32,314 nucleotides of DNA from a virus (lineage: Duplodnaviria; Caudoviricetes): IMG/VR virus record IMGVR_UViG_3300004213_000019, positions 1 to 32,314 of that record. The stretch is one strand, 5' to 3'. Numbering within the stretch: the stretch's first letter is position 1; each line of letters begins with the position of its first letter. This document shows positions 8,352 to 15,164 of this stretch, piece by piece. Below the pieces are notes generated by a model. That model was not told where the DNA came from and did not search any database. It saw nothing but the letters and a program-made list of their open reading frames with translations. The translations under genes and the position numbers were made by a program.

Positions 8352-8515
8352 GGGACCCGAAGCAGGGGGCCACGCACTGTTGGCACAGCGACTGCCGTGG
8401 CTTTCGTCCGCTACAGGGTGAAAGGAGGGGGCAGTGACCGCCCGTGATAACCCCAGTCCGCCTTCGCTGGTTTTCCCTATGCCCGCGTCACTTTCCAGCG
8501 TTGACTTCAGGTCCC
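8352..8515 (-). ncRNA. candidate structured RNA, about 165 nt, family unknown
   Basis: 11-bp closing stem GGGACCUGAAG/CUUCGGGUCCC (G-U only on minus strand) enclosing several helices in an otherwise gene-free gap. Confidence 0.6.
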
Positions 8516-8548
8516 AAGTTCGTGTGGGAAATCCTCAGTCGGTGCGGG

Positions 8549-9058
8549 TCAGCTCAGGGCGTCGGCGTTGAGCAGAGCTGCGACCTTTTCGCAGTAGTCG
8601 CGGGAGCCGAAGACGATCTTGCCGCCGTCCGGAAGGGTTGTGGCGCTGTAGTCGCCGTTGTTCCTGCGGACGACCTCCCAGGGAACCAGGACCCCGGCGT
8701 CGCTGCTCCCGACGTAGCGGGACTCGTTGACGTTGATGAGGTCCTTCACCGTGTTGAAGCGGTTGCGGTCCTCGATGGGTCGGATCGGCTTGGCGACGTA
8801 GGGCGTTTTCTCCGCTTCCACCGCTTCGAACAGGCGCTTGATCTCGGCGTCGATGATCTCCTTGGACTTCTCGATCACGTTGGTGATCTTCGTCGCTGAG
8901 GTCCTCCCGAACATCGGGGTGAGGCGCTTGCCGTCGACCCCGAGTTGGTAGATGCGGGAGTAGAACCCGTCCTGGGCCTTGGCCAAGATGTCGACCTCCC
9001 AACCATCGGGGATCTGTGGGTAGCCCTGCATCTCGACGATCTTTACCTGACCGGCCAT
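8549..9058 (-). CDS. hypothetical protein, 169 aa
   Basis: Start MAGQVK with AGGAAGG RBS, GC3 bias. Confidence 0.8.
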   Translation of the reverse strand: MAGQVKIVEMQGYPQIPDGWEVDILAKAQDGFYSRIYQLGVDGKRLTPMFGRTSATKITNVIEKSKEIIDAEIKRLFEAVEAEKTPYVAKPIRPIEDRNRFNTVKDLINVNESRYVGSSDAGVLVPWEVVRRNNGDYSATTLPDGGKIVFGSRDYCEKVAALLNADALS

Positions 9059-9078
9059 GGGTAAATCCTTCCTGAAAC

Positions 9079-9111
9079 GAAAGAAGGCCCCCAGCGGAAT
9101 TGCTGGAGGCC
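9079..9111 (-). terminator. terminator-like hairpin in leader
   Basis: GGCCTCCAGC/GCTGGGGGCC stem followed by UUCUUUC. Confidence 0.7.
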
Positions 9112-9141
9112 ATTTGGGCATACGGAACTGCTTGTGACTCA

Positions 9142-9170
9142 ATTATCTCATTTTTGACGCTCAGAGTCAA
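9142..9170 (-). promoter_or_regulatory. SigA-type promoter P1 with overlapping inverted repeat
   Basis: TTGACT-N17-GATAAT; TTGAC-N7-GTCAA palindrome at 9154-9170. Confidence 0.75.
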
Positions 9171-9173
9171 TAA

Positions 9174-9860
9174 CTAGATGCTCTCACCCACCGTTCCGGT
9201 CTTGCCTCCGAGCTGCTCCTTGATCTCGTCTGCTGTGGGGTAGCCGTTGAGGGTAGCGACGAACCAGTTGTCGCCCAGCACGTAGTCCACTCCGTCCAGA
9301 CCCTGACCGCCGATCTCTTCGAGGAAGAGTTCGAAGAAGACCGGGTTCTCGGAGTAGGCGACGAAGAGGCCCTCGGTGGCACACTGCTTCGCCTCGTAGA
9401 TGTCGTCCCCACCCTGTGTGGCGTCCTCCCAGTCGCAGGACAGGTCGAACTCCTTGTCCAGCTTCTTGGTCACGTCCTTGGCGCTGTCAGGAGCGAACGC
9501 AGCGGGCTCCTGCGTCTCAGGAGCCTTCGTCGGCTCCTTGGTGGGCTCCTTGGTCGTAGGAGCAGGGGCAGGAGCCTCTGTGGTCGGTGCAGGAGCAGGG
9601 GTTGTAGGACCAGTTGTAACCGTAGGAGCAACAGCCCCGTTGCTCGGCACCGGAGGGCCAGGGGTTGGGTCCTGCGGACCACAGGTGGAGACGAGGATCA
9701 GCAGACCGATGATGACCAGTGCGGCTTTCCACCACCAGCTCTTGAACCCTCCGGTCTTCTTCGGAGGAGAAGGGGTGAGAGGAGGGTAGCCGTACCCGTA
9801 CTGCTGACCCTGAGGAACAGGGCCACCTGTGGGCTGAGGACCGTTGTAGGGAGTAGACAT
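9174..9860 (-). CDS. membrane-anchored surface protein with Pro/Thr linker, 228 aa
   Basis: Pro/Gly/Tyr N-terminus, single TM helix (WWWKAALVIIGLLILVSTC), PT-rich linker, acidic two-Cys domain. Confidence 0.8.
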   Translation of the reverse strand: MSTPYNGPQPTGGPVPQGQQYGYGYPPLTPSPPKKTGGFKSWWWKAALVIIGLLILVSTCGPQDPTPGPPVPSNGAVAPTVTTGPTTPAPAPTTEAPAPAPTTKEPTKEPTKAPETQEPAAFAPDSAKDVTKKLDKEFDLSCDWEDATQGGDDIYEAKQCATEGLFVAYSENPVFFELFLEEIGGQGLDGVDYVLGDNWFVATLNGYPTADEIKEQLGGKTGTVGESI

Positions 9861-9882
9861 CTCTGGGATTCCTTAGAACGTA

Positions 9883-9914
9883 GGAAGACCCCCAGACCGT
9901 GTTGCCTGGGGGTC
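9883..9914 (-). terminator. terminator-like hairpin
   Basis: GACCCCCAG/CTGGGGGTC stem followed by UUCCU. Confidence 0.6.
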
Positions 9915-9920
9915 AGAAAC

Positions 9921-10090
9921 TGATTTCAAAAATTCGATGGATACATAGGTACTACTAAGGTAGGAAGAAGAGGAGCGAAGCGACTTCTTCCGATACTTGG
10001 GGGAAGTGGTTCAGATCGAAGATCGTACGAACACGTTGCCCCCGGTAGCACTATGTACTTATAAGAGTTGGTCGATTTTTCAGAAAATCA
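9921..10090. repeat. nested imperfect inverted repeats in AT-richer intergenic region (possible origin or structured element)
   Basis: TGATTTC-AAAAATTCGA vs TCGATTTTTCAGAAAATCA; TACATAG vs CTATGTA; GGGGG vs CCCCC; internal GGAAGAAG/CTTCTTCC hairpin. Confidence 0.6.
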
Positions 10091-10132
10091 AATGGTTCCT
10101 CCAGATCGTTACGCACTTGTGACCTACGGACA

Positions 10133-10157
10133 GCCCGCCCCCACTAGGGAGGCGGGC
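10133..10157 (-). terminator. terminator-like hairpin after secreted protein C
   Basis: GCCCGCC/GGCGGGC stem just after stop at 10166. Confidence 0.65.
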
Positions 10158-10165
10158 CGCTTCAC

Positions 10166-10519
10166 TCAGTAGCGCCAGCGGGACAGGTCCCAGCGCAGGG
10201 CGTAGCCGATGCCCTTCCAGTACCCCGAGCCGGTGTTGTTGCACTCGGTCGGCGGGTTGAGGGCCAGGTCCTTGCGCAGCTTCACGCAGGAGTGCGGGTC
10301 GATCCACACCCGGCGACCGGAGGCGTTCAAGATGCGGGTCCATCCCGGCTGCACCCGCTCCTTCTCCTGGCTGCTGTCGTCGATGGTGATGGCCATCGAC
10401 CCTCTGACGTAGACCCAACTGTTGACCGCTTCGGCCTTGGTGGTGCCTGCCAGCAAGATGCCAGCGGATGCCAGCAGGATGCTGAACGCGAGAGCGATCT
10501 GCTTGAGCGTTGTCTTCAT
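10166..10519 (-). CDS. small secreted protein C (Sec signal peptide, two Cys)
   Basis: MKTTLK + hydrophobic + AEA cleavage motif. Confidence 0.8.
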   Translation of the reverse strand: MKTTLKQIALAFSILLASAGILLAGTTKAEAVNSWVYVRGSMAITIDDSSQEKERVQPGWTRILNASGRRVWIDPHSCVKLRKDLALNPPTECNNTGSGYWKGIGYALRWDLSRWRY

Positions 10520-10545
10520 GACGATCTCTTTTCTCTTGGGAACTG

Positions 10546-10573
10546 AAAAGCCCGCCCCCAGGTAGGGGCGGGC
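10546..10573 (-). terminator. intrinsic terminator-like hairpin
   Basis: GCCCGCCCC/GGGGCGGGC 9-bp stem followed by UUUU. Confidence 0.8.
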
Positions 10574-10582
10574 CTGTTTCGC

Positions 10583-10642
10583 TCAGAAGTTGCTGAGCAG
10601 TGCAAGGATCTGCACGACGAAGTTGCTGAAATCTGCAAACAT
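10583..10642 (-). CDS. 19-aa amphipathic peptide MFADFSNFVVQILALLSNF
   Basis: Strong GAAAGGAG RBS 6 nt before ATG; stop just before a terminator; below ORF-track cutoff. Confidence 0.6.
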   Translation of the reverse strand: MFADFSNFVVQILALLSNF

Positions 10643-10688
10643 CGGGTTCTCCTTTCTCCCCCGAGAATGGATTCAGCCTACGCCCTAT

Positions 10689-11399
10689 TTACCTCTTTTC
10701 TTGCTGTGCTTCGAGTTGGCGTCTCAGCTCCTTCTCGATCTTGCGGTACCTCTCCTCCGTGATCGAAGCGCGTTCGATCCGCGCCCGCTGTGCGTTGCTG
10801 TCCAGGAGACCAACGATGACCATCGCCTCCTGGCCGGTCACCTGGAGGGTGATCGGACGCTTCACCTTCCGCTTGATGCTGTACTCGAATCCGCTCTTGA
10901 GGTTGATCCTGACGACCGTATCTCCAGCTGTGGGGTGAACCACCCAGAAGACAGGAGACTGCGATGCGTGGTTACCCACCTCCTGGACCTTGCCGTTCGC
11001 CGCCAGGAGAATGAGTTCCGGCTCTCCTGTGGCGGTGACCGCCACCCTCACCTCGTCTCCTTGCTGCACCTGGGAGAAGGAGATTCCCTCCCACTCGTCT
11101 TCAGACGGCAGCGTTGGGACCTCAAGGCGAAGCCCCTGGACTCGATGAGCCAGCTCTTTGTCTCCGTAGAGCACCAGAGGAGGCTTGTTCACCTTGGTAG
11201 ACCAGAACTCGTACCGTATCGGGTAGACGGATGTTCCTGTTCGCCCCCGTTCTACCCTGTCGTAGCCACCGAGCGTCTTGATGTCCTCGATGGCCGCTTG
11301 ACGGTCGCGGTCGGTGCGAAATGGGCTGTCCACGGTGAGTGGCCTTTCGTAGGGCCGGATGGGGAGATCGAGGGGCGGCTGCCCGTATGGGTTCGGCAT
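10689..11399 (-). CDS. hypothetical protein, 236 aa
   Basis: Start MPNPYG immediately after upstream stop. Confidence 0.7.
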   Translation of the reverse strand: MPNPYGQPPLDLPIRPYERPLTVDSPFRTDRDRQAAIEDIKTLGGYDRVERGRTGTSVYPIRYEFWSTKVNKPPLVLYGDKELAHRVQGLRLEVPTLPSEDEWEGISFSQVQQGDEVRVAVTATGEPELILLAANGKVQEVGNHASQSPVFWVVHPTAGDTVVRINLKSGFEYSIKRKVKRPITLQVTGQEAMVIVGLLDSNAQRARIERASITEERYRKIEKELRRQLEAQQEKR

Positions 11400-11400
11400 G

Positions 11401-12177
11401 TCAGAACTCGAACCGCTGCTTGGCAGCCTCGGAGTAGTCGATCCACTGCTGGATCTGGTCGATGGCCAGGTTGTAGACCGGACCCTGACGCTCGAAGCCA
11501 TCGGCCACGTCGGTGTCACCACGGAACCGCAGCGGCGCGACCCAGGACATCATCGAGTCCCTGGCGTCCTCCAGCGCCCGCTTCACCCCGCGCAGCTCGT
11601 CGATCAGCTCGCTCCACTGAGCGCCGTCGCGAGCGTTGCCCGCGATGTGACCGATGGTGGCGAGCATGGCGAAGACCGCCGAGATGGTCACGTCCTGGCC
11701 CTTTTCGAGGCCCTCTCTGAGAAGCCTCACTCCGAACTCATCGATCCCCGACTGGGCACGAGCCCGATCATCCTCGTCGTCCTCGTTCCAGGGGGTGTAC
11801 TTGAAGCGGTCCACCACGTCGACGCCGAGGAGGTCCTCGTCGTGGGTGATGACCTGGTACATCAGGTTGAGCACCTTCATCATCTTCTTGATGATCGGCA
11901 TCCCGGTCGTGCGGGCGGTGAACTCGGCAGCGCCGCCCTGCTTGCACATCTCGATGAAGTGGTACTTCATCTTGAGGAGTTCGATCTCCTTCTCCTTGGT
12001 CGACGCCACGAAGGCGTCGTAGTTCCGTCTGAGTTGCGCTCTGCCCTCGTCACCGAGGGCTTCGAACTGCTCGACGGTGACCTGGAGGTGCTGGGAGACC
12101 AGGTTTTGGATGTCCTGGAAAGAGCTGTCGAGCGACTCCATCCTCTGTTCGCGGCTACGGTCCTTGTCGAATCCCAT
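11401..12177 (-). CDS. hypothetical helical protein, 258 aa
   Basis: GC3 bias, operon packing. Confidence 0.8.
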   Translation of the reverse strand: MGFDKDRSREQRMESLDSSFQDIQNLVSQHLQVTVEQFEALGDEGRAQLRRNYDAFVASTKEKEIELLKMKYHFIEMCKQGGAAEFTARTTGMPIIKKMMKVLNLMYQVITHDEDLLGVDVVDRFKYTPWNEDDEDDRARAQSGIDEFGVRLLREGLEKGQDVTISAVFAMLATIGHIAGNARDGAQWSELIDELRGVKRALEDARDSMMSWVAPLRFRGDTDVADGFERQGPVYNLAIDQIQQWIDYSEAAKQRFEF

Positions 12178-12178
12178 G

Positions 12179-12415
12179 TCAGTTCTCTTTCTTCAGTTCT
12201 TCGTTGATGAGTTGATCTACGCAGTTTGGGCAGATCTCTTCGTTCGTTGGTGCGAGCGTGGTCCGGACGAATTTGAACCACGGCTTCTCGTGGTGGTGCT
12301 CACCACAGAGGGGGCAGCGACGCTTGGGAGTTTTCTTTTCCCCGCGTATCACTGCCCCCGCAATGGCTCGATCCACTCGGTCGGGAAGGTCAGAGTTCCT
12401 CCTCGAAGATGGCAT
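12179..12415 (-). CDS. small zinc-finger-like protein (start uncertain)
   Basis: CPLC ... CPNC pair. Confidence 0.6.
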   Translation of the reverse strand: MPSSRRNSDLPDRVDRAIAGAVIRGEKKTPKRRCPLCGEHHHEKPWFKFVRTTLAPTNEEICPNCVDQLINEELKKEN

Positions 12416-12500
12416 CGACGATCTTCTTCTCCTTCTTCAGCGCCAGGGCCAACTTGTGGGCGGCGTACATGAGGCCAAGGGCCACGTACACGATCTCCAT
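12390..12500 (-). CDS. small membrane-associated protein, 36 aa (MEIVYVALGLMY...)
   Basis: GAGGAG RBS before ATG 12500. Confidence 0.6.
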   Translation of the reverse strand: MEIVYVALGLMYAAHKLALALKKEKKIVDAIFEEEL

Positions 12501-12510
12501 CGGGTTCTCC

Positions 12511-12840
12511 TCAGGGTCGACGACGACAGAGGCGGGTGCCATCCATCTTGCGGAAGTAGTCGTGGCCCATGAAGCCACAGACCGCGAAGTGCTTGATGTG
12601 ACGCCCTGCTCTGAACCAGGGCGGGTCGAACTGCCAGTCGTAGTACCACTGCTTCTTCAGGTGCTTCCAGAGCACCTTGACGGTCGGCCAGAGGAACCAG
12701 CCGATCACAGCAACCGCTGGCCAGATGAGCCACAGGAGGATCGCCGTCCAGGAGTTCTTGTTGAGGACGTAGGTCAGGCCGTACCCGATCCATATGGCTG
12801 CGGCGAACGCCTGGAAGAACGTTGCCATCCAACTCCTCAC
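12511..12840 (-). CDS. membrane protein with two TM helices
   Basis: Trp-rich hydrophobic segments, C-terminal C...GH ... C. Confidence 0.7.
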   Translation of the reverse strand: MRSWMATFFQAFAAAIWIGYGLTYVLNKNSWTAILLWLIWPAVAVIGWFLWPTVKVLWKHLKKQWYYDWQFDPPWFRAGRHIKHFAVCGFMGHDYFRKMDGTRLCRRRP

Positions 12841-13307
12841 AGCGCGCCGGTCTTGCGGGCTTCTACCTCGTCGAGGTCAGCCACGTCGTCGAAGGGACCC
12901 TCGGGTTCGCGGTCCTCCTCGGGCTCGGGCTCCACCAGGTCATGAACGACCGGCGTTGGGTCATCCGATGTGGCCGTGACCATCTTGCCGGGGTTCTCAG
13001 CGGCCTTGGTGAGCAGATCCTTGATCTGCTCGTCGGTCAACTGGTCCTGGTCCAGTTCGAGCGCGGACACGTCGAGTCCCTGGAGCCTCAGCGTGTCTCG
13101 GACCAGCCGGTTGAGCAGCGGAACCACTGCGTCGATCACGTCGAGGATGGCATCGACTTGCTCAGCGTCATCGGTGTCGCTGATGAGCAACTCGGTGATC
13201 ATGTCTCGGTGGTTGCGCAGCGTCTTGATGATGCCGACAATGCAAGCGCCGCCGATCAGCGTGACGCAGATCAGGGCGGCGATGAGGGATTGTTCGAGTG
13301 CGGACAT
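12837..13307 (-). CDS. membrane protein with N-terminal TM helix, 156 aa
   Basis: LIAALICVTLIGGACIVGII, acidic cytoplasmic tail. Confidence 0.75.
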   Translation of the reverse strand: MSALEQSLIAALICVTLIGGACIVGIIKTLRNHRDMITELLISDTDDAEQVDAILDVIDAVVPLLNRLVRDTLRLQGLDVSALELDQDQLTDEQIKDLLTKAAENPGKMVTATSDDPTPVVHDLVEPEPEEDREPEGPFDDVADLDEVEARKTGAL

Positions 13308-13308
13308 G

Positions 13309-13632
13309 TCAGACTCCGTTCGGGAGGAATGGACCCAGGTCACCGAGCATCAGGTTGACCAGGTTGGCGACTGGGGTCCAGTCGTCGAGGGAAAGCCCGG
13401 TGGCGTCGTGCACCTCCAGGAGAGCGATGGCCGCTTCGGAAGCGGCCTCCAGAAGAGCCCGGTACTTCGGGTTCATGATGAGGAACTCGTCTGGGTTGTA
13501 CCCAGAAGTCTCAAGGGCTGCTCGAAGCACTTCGTTGTCCTTCATCATCACGAGGGCTACGCGCATCGCGTTGATCTCGAAGGAATGGTCGGTGACCGTG
13601 GAGCCGGTCTCGGTCTGGCGGTACCCTGCCAT
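13309..13632 (-). CDS. hypothetical protein, 107 aa
   Basis: TGATG coupling with upstream gene. Confidence 0.75.
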   Translation of the reverse strand: MAGYRQTETGSTVTDHSFEINAMRVALVMMKDNEVLRAALETSGYNPDEFLIMNPKYRALLEAASEAAIALLEVHDATGLSLDDWTPVANLVNLMLGDLGPFLPNGV

Positions 13633-13913
13633 CAGGCGTCGGCCATCTCGTAGAGAGCAGCGCGGAACGCGTCGCTGATCCCCTCAGCGTGCTCCTTGCG
13701 CTCGTACTCCGTGATGGTGAACTCACCCTCGCGGTTGTACCGGGCGATGAGTTCTTCACCAGCTTCCTTGGTGAAGACTCCCACCTTCGGTTCATCGAAG
13801 TGCGGCGACTCGATCACCACAATCTTCTCTGGTGGAGGCCACTCCTCTTGGAGGTAGGGCTTCATGACCGGTCGGCCATCAGGCAGGTCGAGAAAGACGA
13901 AATCCATGGTCAC
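13632..13913 (-). CDS. hypothetical protein, 93 aa
   Basis: GTGA overlap, AAGGAG RBS. Confidence 0.75.
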   Translation of the reverse strand: MTMDFVFLDLPDGRPVMKPYLQEEWPPPEKIVVIESPHFDEPKVGVFTKEAGEELIARYNREGEFTITEYERKEHAEGISDAFRAALYEMADA

Positions 13914-14131
13914 TTCTCCTTCTTGCTGGGTTTGCGCATCACGACTCGGTTGCGCAGTTGGTCGTAGACCGCCTTGGTGGACAGCCCGTGCTTGACACCG
14001 ATCTCAGCGCAGGACATCCCGCTCTGGTAGTCGGACATCATGGTGCGAACCAGGTGCATGGGCACCGTCCGCTTCACCTCGTAGGTGAACGTCTCGTTGG
14101 GGCTCTTGGCGAGCGCGATGTTGAGGCTCAT
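13910..14131 (-). CDS. helix-turn-helix DNA-binding protein, 73 aa
   Basis: YQSGMSCAEIGVKHGLSTKAVYDQL fits HTH pattern. Confidence 0.75.
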   Translation of the reverse strand: MSLNIALAKSPNETFTYEVKRTVPMHLVRTMMSDYQSGMSCAEIGVKHGLSTKAVYDQLRNRVVMRKPSKKEK

Positions 14132-14238
14132 CAGTCCACCCAGGTGGTGGTCATCTCGGGCGGCAAGGTGGAGTAGTCCACCGTGTCGTCGTCGCGCTTG
14201 GTGAACAGCGCGATGATCTTGCTGATGAAGTTCTTCAC
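14131..14238 (-). CDS. small protein, 35 aa (MKNFISKIIALFTKRDDD...)
   Basis: GTG overlaps upstream stop, own stop overlaps next ATG, AAGGAG RBS. Confidence 0.65.
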   Translation of the reverse strand: MKNFISKIIALFTKRDDDTVDYSTLPPEMTTTWVD

Positions 14239-14441
14239 TTCATGTTCTCCTTCGTCTCGATGACCTCCAGGACCAGACCGGTGATGATCTGGATGGTGCG
14301 CAGCATCTGGAAGTCCCTGCGGTCCATGGTCAGGGCGTTGATGAAACCAGCCCAGCCCTCCGTCCTCTCAGCGGCGGCGCGGTTGCCGACCTTTGCGGTT
14401 GCCTTGATGGTCTTGCCGAACGTGCTGGTGAGCTTGGACAT
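14235..14441 (-). CDS. hypothetical protein, 68 aa, first gene of leftward arm
   Basis: AGGAGG RBS. Confidence 0.75.
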   Translation of the reverse strand: MSKLTSTFGKTIKATAKVGNRAAAERTEGWAGFINALTMDRRDFQMLRTIQIITGLVLEVIETKENMK

Positions 14442-14460
14442 GAAATCCTCCTAGAACGCA

Positions 14461-14489
14461 GAAAAGGCCCTGACCGAGTGGTCAGAGCC
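14461..14489 (-). terminator. intrinsic terminator-like hairpin
   Basis: GGCTCTGACC/GGTCAGGGCC stem followed by UUUUC. Confidence 0.75.
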
Positions 14490-14500
14490 TGGGTCGTACG

Positions 14501-14573
14501 CATCAGCAAGGTGGTGGGACTTGAACCCCGCTACCCCAATGGGTAGGTAACGCTTACACCTGTCGGGCTGATG
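14501..14573 (-). ncRNA. candidate tRNA-like small RNA (non-canonical, no anticodon loop)
   Basis: Closing stem CAUCAGC/GCUGAUG, AGGUG/CACCU, CUACCC/GGGUAG, GGG-UUCAAGU-CCC T-loop; begins at predicted TSS of P2. Confidence 0.5.
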
Positions 14574-14578
14574 TATCA

Positions 14579-14607
14579 ATTATGACACAGATGGTCATAA
14601 AAGGGAA
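14579..14607 (-). promoter_or_regulatory. promoter P2 with operator-like inverted repeat
   Basis: TTCCCT-N17-CATAAT with TG extension; TTATGAC-N7-GTCATAA at 14580-14600. Confidence 0.65.
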
Positions 14608-14622
14608 GAGATAGAGTTGGGA

Positions 14623-14660
14623 CCGCGTGGCCACCCACCGGCTGGAAAATGGCCACGCGG
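14623..14660. repeat. perfect 11-bp inverted repeat/hairpin
   Basis: CCGCGTGGCCA ... TGGCCACGCGG. Confidence 0.8.
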
Positions 14661-14715
14661 CTTGTCGGTAGCCACACCTGGGGAAGCTTTCCGGCATGGC
14701 GAACCCGATGTCTCA

Positions 14716-14744
14716 ATTATGCCAGTTTTTGTGACCGAATGCAA
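14716..14744 (-). promoter_or_regulatory. SigA-type promoter P3
   Basis: TTGCAT-N17-CATAAT, TG extension, shares ATAATTGA with P1/P2. Confidence 0.7.
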
Positions 14745-14762
14745 CACAAAAGAGGGTTCTCG

Positions 14763-15128
14763 ATGAAGGTTTTTCGCTCCCACTACGCCTCCAAGGTCCA
14801 CTTCGACCGGGAGTGTTCAGCGTGGTTGTCTTCCACCACCAGGAAGCGTCCGCTCGTCGAGGTGGACGTGGCTGACCTGAAGTCAGTGCAGTTCTGCAAG
14901 GTCTGCGCTCCTCCTGAGCTGAGCAGGCGGTGGAAGACTGAACACAGGCAGTGCACCATCTGCAACTGGTCGCGTCCGATGCCCTGTGAGCACAATGGTG
15001 GGGTGAAGGTCGTGAACATCGACCGGATGAACCACTACGGCAAGGAGGAGCGCAGGGTGAACACACGCTGGCGCTGGCCCGAGAACGTGCAGGGTGCGCC
15101 TCTTGCCGATTCCAATCTTTTCGTCTAA
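14763..15128 (+). CDS. Cys/His-rich putative metal-binding protein, about 121 aa
   Basis: H....C, CKVC, CTIC, CEH motifs; AGAGGG RBS before ATG 14763. Confidence 0.7.
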   Translation: MKVFRSHYASKVHFDRECSAWLSSTTRKRPLVEVDVADLKSVQFCKVCAPPELSRRWKTEHRQCTICNWSRPMPCEHNGGVKVVNIDRMNHYGKEERRVNTRWRWPENVQGAPLADSNLFV

Positions 15129-15164
15129 CGTTCCCTCTACATCTACTGACCTGGGGAGGTCTCA

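Noticed and set aside
8352-8515. Complete group I intron or cobalamin riboswitch
   Set aside because: Only partial motif matches; no P6, weak P3, not interrupting a gene; B12-box not recognisable.
9470-9682. Leu/Arg-rich alternative-frame ORF inside the surface protein gene
   Set aside because: Explained by CCT/GCT/ACA codons in the low-complexity Pro/Thr linker; no RBS.
14501-14573. Canonical tRNA gene
   Set aside because: No 7-nt anticodon loop, imperfect T-stem, no CCA; kept only as a tRNA-like candidate.
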